Positions 11,601-23,600 of a stretch of DNA of 64,000 bases are shown here, one piece after another. Position 1 is the first letter of the stretch; every line of letters starts with the position of its first letter. A program made the position numbers and the translations under genes. The notes beneath the pieces are model-generated. The model made no database searches, was not told where the DNA came from, and saw nothing but the letters and a program-made list of their open reading frames with translations. This stretch comes from Macrostomum lignano (taxonomy: Eukaryota). The DNA lies in the NCBI GenBank assembly GCA_002269645.1, contig NIVC01000679.1, forward strand, positions 62,001-126,000, written 5' to 3'.

Positions 11601-14600
11601 GGCAAACCTCGGCTGGCAAACGTCCCGCTGGCAAATGTCGGCTGGCAAACGTCGGCTGGCAAATGTCGGTTGGCAAACGTCGGCTGGCAAACGTCCCGCT
11701 GGCAAACGTCGGCCGGCAAATGTCGGTTGGCAAATGTCGGCTGGCAAATGTCGGCTGGCAAATGTCGGTTGGCAAACTTTGGCTGGCAAGCGTCCCGCAG
11801 GCAAACGTCGGCTGGCAAACGTCCCGCAGGCAAACGTCGCTATCTCCCCCTTTATACACTGTGTGCTGTGGGGTGGCTGCTCCTCACTTTCTCCACCTTA
11901 ACATCCAATTCATAACCAACACTGGCAGCTAATCATCATACCTGCTGGTTGAGCTCTGCAGTGAGGTAGGTCTGATACAGACACCTGCGCACATTTCTAT
12001 ACAGCTCGGAATGGCACAGCAGGATGTCCGGCAATTCCACCTGGCCCTCAATCAGCTGCATCTCCTCGCGGAACACCCTGGCCAAGTATTCATCTGCTCG
12101 GAGTCGCTCAAGCGCTGCGCAGGTGCCGCCGAAGCGGCTGAGGCAGCGCAGGAAGTACACCCGGGACCACTGGTGCTGCAGCAGCGAGCGGGCCAGTCGC
12201 TCTCGACGTCGACCGTCCTGCAGCGGCGGCAAGTCGACGCTTCGCGCTCCGTCAGGCAGGGCGGCGATGCTGGAGGCCAGCAGCGACAGGGCGACTCGCC
12301 AGTCGGCCACCTGGCGGAGGCGTCGCAGATCCAGCGGGTTGGCATCGTGAGGTGTGATGCTTGGAGGTTCCGTGCCGACCACCTGGCTGACAGCTCGGAG
12401 CAGCCGCTGCTCGATGGGGTGTCCAGCAAGTCTGGAAATCGACAGGTCCTGGATGGGGAAGGGAATTTTTTGGATTCAGTGCATTTAATTAGATTGAATG
12501 TTTGCAGTGGCTCGCTGCAATGTACACAGCTTATTACGTGCTTTAGGGGTGGTTGTTGCCTCTCTACCTCTGTCTCGCACCAATGCACATTGTTGAGGGC
12601 ATATTTTTAACCATTTTTAAACATCGTGAACTGATCGTGAACATCGTCTCACCTCCAGACAGTGCACCACAATAAGCGCCAGATGATCAGGTGAGTCGAT
12701 AATACGGTTAGCCGCTCTCAGATGCTCATCTAGCTGACCAAGAACCTGCTCCTCTTTATAAGCCAGCAGCTGCTGTAGTATGAATGAACGGAACACCGGA
12801 CTTCTGCCTTCTTCGCCATCGTCGCCATTGTTGCTTTCCACGTCAAAGCAGGCGACAGCGGCCACGTCGTGCCGGCCGCTCCGGGTGACGAAACCGAGCA
12901 GACGGTCGCACAGGTCGCTGGTTGGAGGCTGGCCGCCCTGGCCACCGCGGCGGAAGCAGAGCTTGGTGACCAGCTCCATGAGGAATGCGTTGCACCGAGC
13001 CTTAAACTGGTCTAGCGCCGCAACTCTGGGGTTAACTATAATCGCTGACGGGTCGAACGGAGCCTGGCAGTGAGTGCAAGTGTTGCCAGCAGATGCGTTT
13101 TGCAAATTGGCGTGACAATTGCGGCAGAGCGGATGGCCGCAGGGCAGCCGCAGCAGCTGGTCGGAAGCGATTTCGCAAGTGGAACAAGCGTTCGCGCTGG
13201 AAATGATGAGAGAGCGAGTATGTATTTGTTACCCTAAAGTTTTCCATCCTATTCTGAAGGTTTATCCAACCAATTAGCCCCTGAGCAAGCAAAGATGAGA
13301 AAGCGACCATCGCTTCATACGTCAGATCGAACTTTAAGTATAAGTACCGAACCGAACCGAATAAGTACCGATGCGGAGTGCTGTGTACCGAATAAGTACC
13401 GATGTGGAGTACTGTACCAAATTACCAAATTGACGTTAGGGTACCCCTAGAGGACAGAAGGGATCCAGATACTACAGGAAGTAATGGAATAAGTATGGAA
13501 TAAAATCAATTTTATCAAATTAACATACATGTCGTTCTATTAGTTGAGTTATGATTTTAACAAATATATAAATCCTCAACTCACCCGAGCAGTTTGACTG
13601 TCAAGTCCTCCTTCATTTTGTTCAAGAAGTCTTCAACCAATCGAAGTCCGGATACGTCGCTGAAGTTGGCACTCGGATTTTTGCCCAGAGACTAAAACAC
13701 CAAAGATTAAAGTAAACTTAGTATTTTAAAGTTCGTATTTTAATGAAAAAAGTACAAAAAAGTTTAATTACAGTCCATAGCTGAATAGGCTTAATAGAAC
13801 TCTCTCCATTCTCTTGACTCGCATCGAACGGTGCGGTGACGTTCTTCAGAAACAGGTAGACACATACAATGCGCTGCCAATGCGAGTCCATGGCAGGCTT
13901 GCCGAAATTGCTCAACAGGCTGTCAATCACCGACTGGGCCCGTTCCACCCTGTTCAGCCAGACGGCTCGCTTCTCGGCCGTGTTCAGGTCGCGCTTGTTC
14001 GTCTCGAAGTACTCGTAAAATGCGTCAAACAGGGCCTGAAATGCAACACGTTTTTGGTGGCCTCATCAGGCGACATGGAGTATGACTTTAAACGTGACTT
14101 TTAAGTATCGGAAAATTCATTGGCCCATTGCCCGAGCATCCAAGAACTGAAGATATTATACCATTTGCCCAGAAAATTTAGAATGAATCAAGACTACCTT
14201 GATTTTGCGACCGTGACTAAAGCGCTCCAGCAAACTACAATACATGCACATGTAACTATAAACCATCTTAAATAAACATCGAACTTGATTGAGTGCTATT
14301 CCAAAGCCAAAAACCGAGGTTGCTAGCCATTTATATAAGTACCCAAGTTGAATATTACTTCATTCAAATATTGAAAAGTTAAGTACCTATTCGAGGAGCT
14401 GGTATCACTTCATTTCATGTGAAGACACATGGCAACTGTTCTGTTGGAAGCGATCAAACTTACCTCGGGTAGTTCTTCGAGCCTGTCAATCCTGTCCACT
14501 TGCAGCGCCAGGCCCGGAACCTTCTTTATCAGCCTGGTCACCAGCGTCATCTGCTGGCTGAACTCTTTGAACAGCCAGAAGCTCTCGAACACCGCGGCGC

Positions 14601-17600
14601 CCAGACAAGTCTCGGCTCTGCCGCTGAGTCCTCGCAGCATCACGGGAACCAGCACCTGCAGCATTTCCTCGGTTACTCCTGCGATGCGAATTCGCACAAG
14701 GTCATGACAGAAGCCGCCAACCAGATCCGGGATGGCCTCTTCATCTTGGAGAACTTGGCCGATCGGGGTGCTGTTCAAGAACAGCTCCATTAAGCGCTCC
14801 GCCTCTCTCTGCTGCTCTTTGTTGCAGATTCGCTCCAGCCGCTCCACCACCGCCCAGGAGAACGGAAATCGGCACGCGAACCGGCGACCGTCGCATGAGG
14901 ACGAAGCGACTTCAATCCTCTGGAAGTCGCCTGTGGTTCCCTTCACCAGGTTCTCCGTGATCTGGTCGAGACCGGATGACGGCTCCACCATGCGCAGCCA
15001 CAGGCCTCGCAGGCCATCGCGTCGGTAGCAGTTGAGGTTCTGGTCTCGGTCGGAGAATGCCAGGAAGCAGGCGATGGCAGGAGCCACTTTTTGTCTCAAA
15101 ACGCGCCACGTGCTCTCGCTATAGATTACATGGAAAAAAGAAACTACAAGTAATTGCATAATACTTTAAAAAATAATTGCTTAACTCTATCTTAACTTAC
15201 ATGAAGGTACCAGCGTTTAGAACATTCAAGTCTCGAGCAGCTTCTCGACTGAGCCACTCGTTAGGACTGTACATAGCAAGTGAGCTCTCGTCTTTCCACG
15301 TAAGTACATTAACAACGAACTTGCACATGCATTCGAAAAATTTTTGGCCCCCTGACTGGTCATCTCTCAACGCGCCACTCAGAATCTCTTGTCTCTCCAT
15401 CAGGCGGCTGTCAGTCTCGTTGGAATCGCGATCGCCGCCATCTCTAAGCATGCTCATTGCCTGATGCAAAGACTGCTCAATTAGAAGACGCAAGTCGATA
15501 GGAATACCCAGATCTCTGTCGAGCAAGAGAGACTGATCAATTTCCATAGCAAATTCGTTGGCATCAGCAGGGAAGGCCTCATAGCTAAGTTTTACAGCAG
15601 CGGAAACTGGCATAGTGTCCAACAAACGAATGTTCACCCTGCCGGACGGCACCAACTCCTCAATGTGCACAGACTGCCAAGTCCCCGAGTCAAATCCAGT
15701 GAATGGATTGGCATGCGATCGGACAAGCTTGATAAACAGCATTACTCGCTTATTCTGATAAACATTTGGACTCTTCTCAGCCAGCTCTTTAAACTGTTCT
15801 TCTATCAGATACTTGGCACACGCGAGAAGGTTTTGATAGTTCAGTCTGAGACCTTCAAACTGCAAAATGAGTGTCGTCATATCATCCATACTAAGGAAGC
15901 GCCTAATGAACTCCATAAATTGCGTTTCACTTTCGAACTTGCTCAGATTTGCGGAAGTTACGCTTCCTGGAATTAGTCTCGAAAGCTCGTCAACTTGCCT
16001 GGTAGCCAGAAGACGATCGAATGTTGTTACCTGAAGAAATGGCTTTGAAAAGCTGTAGTTAGCCAAAAAAGCTTTTATGCTTTGCAGACAGTGCCTGTCG
16101 TAATGTTCATTCAGATAGTCACTTTTCAGATCACGCAGTCGGGTTTGATTCAGTCTCACAAGACTGTCTGGAGGAGCGACAAGCAGAATACTTCTCTTCA
16201 CAGCCTCTTCATCGGATCCGAACTCTAGCGCAAGAGATGAAATCACATCATCGTGGTAGCCGACAAACACATTGCTGGGATTTTCGCCCTTTGCCAGTTG
16301 TCCTTGAAGGTAGAAAGACTTCACCCAACTATTGAGCTTGCTAACAAACTCTTGTTGCTCCGCTACCAGAACTGCAGATGTCGTGAGCTTATGCTTCTCA
16401 AGCCGATTGATCAATGGAATTGGAAATCGCTCTCTCACTGTTGTCTGCTCAGCAACGACAATCATGCGGAAGTTCCGGTTCACCTTGCATTTGAGCCGGT
16501 GGGTGCCAAGTCCAAGATCGACAAAGCGATCGTCACCGCACTGCTCATAGTACTGGTTTAAAACATCGTAAAGACTCTCATACAGAGCGTCCATGTTCAG
16601 CAGGACAACAGTGCTGCCTCGCTCCATGCTGATCTTAATACGATTGATGTCCAGGCAGATTTTCGAGTAGTCCTGGTCCTTTGGAAAGCTGCTGCCAAAG
16701 ATGATGCTCACTTGCTGATCATGCTCTTGGTCCTCTAGCAGTCGAGGCAAAATCTTAAAGCCTGAATAGTTTTCCGTGATAAGCAGCAGGTATCGCTGCT
16801 CCTCACCAGTGGATCGCAGAGCATCTCTGATGGCTGAATAATTTCCCAAGTCGATTTCTCTCCCAACAATTTCTTTAGCAAAGAAGTCCACTGGATCCAA
16901 GTCGCCGAATCCGCTGAAGTTTCTCTTTATGCACTGAGCCACAGTCCTAAGATTCAGGGTAGACTTTGAGGCCAAATGCTTTACCAAACTAAAGTAGTCA
17001 CGAAGGCCAAAAAACTCTCTCTCCTTCTGCGTGTGGTCGTATATTTTCTCGTAAAACTTAGTTACAGGCTCCAGGTGTAATCGAACGCGCTCTTTTCGAA
17101 CCTGATTTTGGCAGATACCCTTTGCCGTATCCAGTAGATCCTCGTGCGTGGGCACGTCTCGCAACAAGTACAGTCCGCGGTTCATTTTGGCCGGGTCCAA
17201 AGCCCAGTTCGAGATACCGATGAAGCCAACTTTGCTATGCTTTCTGTTTTGAGCTGTTTGCAAGGAGTCAGTAAAGTAGCCTTCCTCAAGAAGCGGGTGA
17301 AGTGCCTTCAGAGGCATCTTGGGACTGTCTTCTGCCAAACCGACTTCGTCAAGAATAACCACGGAGACGAACTTATCGAGGTCTTTTTCTTTCTGCAGTT
17401 GAGAGCACTGTTCGAACGTCTTGATGATTCCCTCAGAAGTTGACCATGGGGAACACTGGAACGACAGCATCTGCGTATTTGGAAGCTGGCGAAATATTTC
17501 GCCTTGTGAGTTCGTTCCCAACATGTTGCTCTTCACAATCGACTTTCCGAGCGACTTGGAACTTCCAGGCTTTCCGACGACAAACAATGGGATTCGAAGT

Positions 17601-20600
17601 GTGATGCAAAGCACCATCATGAAGACATTTTCTCTAAGAGCTTCGTTCTTGGCAATTGACTTGGGCAGATGCTCCGAAATGTCATTCAAAAGTCTTTGAT
17701 GACACTGGGTGATGATTTGCATAATGTCATGAGGACTCAGACCTGCATTCAGAACGCGGGACAGCAATTCGAGATAGTCATTTTTGTTCTCTTTTGGCAG
17801 GCGACTCAGATAGCACGAAGCTAAAGCCATAATTTCGATTAGAGTTTCCTCATTGCATTCAGAATCTTCGTCATCCCGAGCGTCCAACTGTGCTAGCAAT
17901 CCATTTGAAAGCCACTGGAACACGACTATGACCTTCTCGACTTCTCTCAGTGAAACATACTTTGTTTCATCATCCGTAGTGCGCATGAAATTTTGTGATG
18001 CTGCAACTAGCTCTACAAGGCGTGCCTTCTGCGCTGGAGAGGTCCGAAGTCTGGACTCAACCATTCTGGTGATGTACTTCCTTTCAGAATCATCAGAGAG
18101 ACTGCCAAAGTCCCACAAAACGCTGATCAAGGAGAGGGGCAGCGGCTTCACACGATAAACCAAATGTCGCATCGGAACATTTCCGAATTTATCCTGAGTG
18201 TCCTCTTTTCTCACTCTGTATCCAAGTCCACTGTTCTCCAGTCTCTTGATTGTCGATTCGGGATGCTTGCGGTAAGGATTGCAAGCGGCAATGCATCTCA
18301 GTCCATAGGCAAAGCTTATCCTCTCACCATTGATTCTGCCGTCAATCATGATTTCCTTAATCAGACCGACAGCACTGGTAGTGTTTACTTCATCAAAGAA
18401 TAGAATTGTGTAACGAGTCACTGCGTGGTTCTGACGTGACAACTCAACAGCGTCCTGGACTGCCTTCACCACATCGGCAGTTGTTACAGCACCGTGGACC
18501 TTCAGAATTCGCATGTTGCAAATGTCGGATTGAGCTGGCAGCATGATTCGAGCCAGAAACTCGACAAGCTTAGTCTTTCCACAGCCCGTTTCGCCCATCA
18601 GAACGACAGGAATCTCGCTCCTGAACCGCATGTAGATAGCCAGCATCTTCTTGACGTTGTCCATAGTCAGCTCATAGGACGGATCGGGGTCCGGGAAATT
18701 AGTGTCAGAGTGACCGAAGACCATTCTCATTCTCTCAATTTTATTCTGCCGACTCAGATCCTCGAACCGCTCTTGAAGACGAACACGTTGTGCGATGAGG
18801 CTCTGGTAAAGCTGCGGACTCATGATGCCTTCCTGTACAACAGCGTTGGTCGCGCTGTCCAAGAGATTACCTTGTTGACTCACTGTGAAGCCGACGAATG
18901 TAAAGGTCGTGCCGTCTTGATTGAACAGCAGATAGGGGTGAGAGGTGTGCTCCCAACGACGGCGGACTTCAAAGTTCTCAATCAGTGGACGATCATTCTC
19001 TGCATTTGGCTGTGCAGCTTCGCTCTCATCAGCGATGTTCAATGAGCGACTTGAAAAATCTTTGGACATGAGCAAAAGACAGGAAAGCACAAATCTTCTG
19101 AAGCCAGGTAGGTCTTGCTCGGCTACTGGCCCACAGAAAGGTGATCGCTCAAAGTCAACAAGCTGTCCGTTGAAAAATCTGGCGAAGTTGTTCAGCTCAA
19201 GCCACGATGGATCATCAATGCCGCAATTTTCTAAAAGCAGACGCACGATTTCAATTGAGGGAATTTGCGCTTCTAGGTCACAGTGAGCAGCATTTCTATT
19301 GCCTAGGGATGCCAGGTACACTGCAGGTCGCTTGCACACAGCGCTTTGGAGACGCGAATCGCTGAGCAGTGGTTGCCAGTCTGATGCCATTTCACCTGCT
19401 TCGAGCTGCCTCAAAGCGTCGCTTGGCGAAACACAAGTGATTGACGGCAGGTATTGAAGTACGAAGAACTCTGTTTTAAATAGAAAATTTCTCGAATGTT
19501 CCAGCAAGTACAGGTCTTCTCTTCTTCTGCGCCAAATTCGTCCACTTGAGTCTGTGATGGCTCCAAAAATTGCAAGCTGAGTGAAAGCATTTTCAAAGCC
19601 TGTCTGTACTTCACGAGCAATATCCAGGTGAAATGTCTGGGGCCGCCTGTCTTCGTCTTCTGCTTTGGCAAAGAAATCATACAGCTTGTCGACATCCAGG
19701 TGCGAATCACTGCAGCTGAATACGTGAGGAACTTTTCTTGATCGGACCTTAGCAATCTCATTACACTGGTGCGATTTCCCCATTCCTGAACGATCGGAAG
19801 TAATCCAAAGAAAGCTGCTTTGAGCTGGACCTGCTTCCCTTCTCATGAACTGTGCAACCCAATTAATAATTTTCTTCTGGCTGGGCTTGGTAGGTAAATC
19901 TTTCTGAAACAGACTGAGAGCGTTGCAGAATGGATATTGCTTTTGGCTTTCAGATGATGAAAGTGCAAAAAGATAGGAGTTTGTTCGGCTGTTGACACGG
20001 TCTAGAAGTGCGCTAAAGTTTTCTTCAGCAACCACTGACAGATCATACGTCAATTTATCTGCATTCATGATCACATAAAGAGAGTTCGGGCTCTTGTCTA
20101 AAATAGCGCGGTGTAAGAACACTGAAATTTCTTCTTCGTTAGTCTCTTCGCTACAAATTAACACCTCCTCAAAATGAGGAAGAGAATCGTATGCCTGCTG
20201 AAATAGGTGCAACGCTACTAGCAACTGGTCGCTCGGTTCAAGAGTCAGCGACATCGGTTTTCCGGGTGGAAAATGATCTCGAAAACTTTTTCGCAGCTTC
20301 CGTTGAGATCTATGACTCGATCTTTGACTTCCAATATGATTTAGAAACAGTGAAACATCTTTGAAGCTAAGGAAGTCTTTATGGGAAGTATCAATATTTT
20401 TTATATAAATCTTCCAAAGTCGACTGAAAGCATCATGCGCCGATAGGTTACCAACTTCTGCAGCAATCAACTCCTGATCTGCAGTTTTCCATTCCTTTCT
20501 GGGCTGCTTGTCAGCCTGTGTGACGGTGTTTCTCTCTACTTTGTAAGCCAAATCTGTGGCCTGCTCTTGCAGCTCTTCGACTGTGGGCAGATCATCCAAA

Positions 20601-23600
20601 TCAGTGTTTCGAAAGAGGATGCGCGCAGTCTGCTTGATGATATCCTCGCTAAATCCTTCGTCGCGAAGATGCTCAGTTATTATCGAATGAGTGTCGTCAC
20701 TTTGCGCTTGCTTGCGAGAGCTTTGAGCTCTTTGAACAACAACATCGTCCACAGTCTTGTTAATATCCTCAACGGAGCAGTTCGGACTTAAATAGCCCAG
20801 AAGGTGCAGCAATACTCGACCAACTTTGTCAGTAGCATCGGCTGTACAGAACAATGGGGCTAATTCGGTCTGGAGAATTCTTATTTGCTTTAAGTTAAAA
20901 AAGTTTAGTGAATGATTCGATGCTCTTGCTTCTTTAACAATGTTCTTCCAATCATCGAGGCAGTCTTGAAAAATATTTGAAAGATTTTTCAGCCCATCCG
21001 TAATATTCTCGTAGGAGTATTTAATCACCTTAGGTGGATTGCAATAGCGAAGCTCTATAACGGCATTGTTCCTTTTGCCCATCCGCAGATTAAACTTCAT
21101 GAATACTTGTTCACACAAGACACAGCAGTGCAATTTAAATTCTTTGTAGACGTCTATTAATCTGAAAATGCTAGAAGTCAAGCTCACAAAGCGCTCCAGA
21201 AGCTCTCGATTTTCATACGACTGCCCAGCGATAAGCATGAGCTTTGATTGGAGGTCTTTAACGTCTTCAAGGCTGAATTGTGACATTTCTGCTGATTCGG
21301 ATTCTAGCTCACTCGTGGAACAAGCTTTTAGAAGAAAAGCCTCGTCATTTTTTTCTAGACAGCCAACTAAAACAAATCCGGTAGCAACTATAGCCTCAAT
21401 TTTCTTTATTGTCGATCTCTCTACAGAGCCTTGGTTTTCTTTCACAGCCTTAATCCAGTCTAAACGAGCACTTGTGTCTCTTAATTCGCTAATCAAGTTG
21501 GGACTTTCTTTCACTTTAACGAGAATTCTACCACATTGCTGCAGAAAACTAGCAAGATTTGATCCCGGCCCTTGGGCAACGCCAAGATTGTAAATTATTT
21601 CATCGAATTCTGTAACAACATGATTGAATGTCTCTATTTTTTTCTGCTCCAAGTCACCTGAATCTCCCAAGTAAATCATTGCAAGGTCGAAGAAAGTCTT
21701 CAAATCTTGTTTCTGCACGTTGCCTCGAACCCATACACAAAACTCGTGGCTCCGATGGATGGCACTCATCATCGGCACAAAGTATTCTTCCTTAGAAAAC
21801 TCATCGAGATAGTCAAACTGGTCAAGATCGGCAGTTTGAATGCTCTGCAATGGAGTATCCATACTTCTTTCACCCATCTGCAGTACCTTTCGCAGCATTG
21901 CCAGCTCATCTGTCATTTGAAATGCTTCTAGAACGTGTATTATTGCTGCCGCCGCATTTGAGTAACTCGAGATCTTTCGGGCGAACAAAAGTTTCCTGAG
22001 GTAGTCGTCCCAAAGTTGCGGACTTTCGTCGCACTGGAAGCATTGGAACTCGGAGACCAAGTAGGCTTGATTTTCTTCGTTAAGCAAATCGCCCAAGAAA
22101 ACTTGGACGTTCCTCAAAGTTGCATCAGGCGCTCTGAGATTTCGTACCTTTTCATCCCAATCAGTAACGGCGTTAGCAAGACAAGGAATCAATTGGTCAA
22201 TCTGAAGTCTCTGATCTCGATTGCTTTTAAACTGTTTCCGAACAGCAGTTTCGAGTGTTTTTGCAAATGTTCGACTTCGTGACAGGCTATCAAAGCGAAC
22301 TAATACTGACTGAATTACTTGATTGAAACCCCGAAGTTTCTCAAAAGCCTTCAACTGCAAAGCGTTTTCCGGAAGCTTAGAATCTACCAAAAATCCTATG
22401 GGTGTTCTTTTCAGCTTGCTTCCCTCTAATAGACTTCGAAAGCTCTCCAGGTCCACTGAAAAAACAGTTTTAGGAGTAAAATGCTTTCTGGTAAACTGAG
22501 AGTAAACAAAAATAATATTACTTACCATGAGAACTGTCCATTGTCTGTTGCATAAAGCTCAACAAGTCATTTAGAGCGTCAAGGGTTCGGTCAAAGTGTT
22601 GCTTCTGTTTCAGTGCATCATCAAGGCGCTGGGTAAGGTTCACTTCATGCTTAAGAGCACTGCATAGAGTCTCCAGAGCGTTTTGGGATTTGACAAGATA
22701 ATCGATGTTTTCAAAAGGTATGAACGCTGTGGAAACTGCGATTTGGCGAAGAAAACCGAGGCTTGTGTTCAAACTTTCCGTTAGAATATCTAATGCCTGT
22801 TTAGAAAATCGATCAGACAATTTCTTGCGATCTAAAATTGAATAAGTACACAATAAGAAACTTAAACATAGTGAGAATAATAAGTTGTTTTAATTCACAA
22901 TTTGAGTTTGTGGAACCAGAGGTTGAAAAAGGACAGCAAAAAATACTTAAAATGATTACGAAGTTTGTATTATAAAAAACCTTGCATTGCGGCTTGGAAT
23001 TAATTTTTGAACTAAATACTCGTACTCTGCTACAATACAACCTACTAGTCATACAAGTAAAAATAACATCAAAACAGCACTACCCGTTGATCCAATTGAT
23101 ATTAGCAGGAACCTAAAATCTCCAAATCTATCTAATTCATTGAATTGAAAGGGAGAAAAAAACGTTGGTACGTACGAAGTTCAGCAATCAGATGGCTTGC
23201 AATAGGCCACTCAAGTACCATCACAAGGCTACGATCAACACTGTGAGGTAACTCCGACTTTTGAAACTTTGTATGCATAGTCACGATCATGCTTGAAATC
23301 ACTTCGCAGACGCGCTTAGAGTAGGAGCTCTTAGGATCCACTAAAGAGCGAAGTTTCTTCCAGGCCATTTGCTGAAAATAGTTGGTTGAAGGTTTTGTCA
23401 TTTGAATTAACTAGATAATTCCCTTATCAAGTATCCAATAGTAGATAATATCTAATAGAAACACATACACCTGACTGGTTGCAAGGGGGACGTGTGGCAG
23501 CCAATGGTACAGGTAGCAGAAGCTACTGCGCGATGCATCCAAGGGCTGTGTACAGCTTGTGCAGTGCTGGCCCTGCTGAGGGTCGCAACTCCCACCCTGC

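Noticed and set aside
9863-11932. Cys-rich and PTFAS repeat ORFs resembling metallothionein- or keratin-associated proteins
   Set aside because: Translations of the 46-bp array and the foldback arms.
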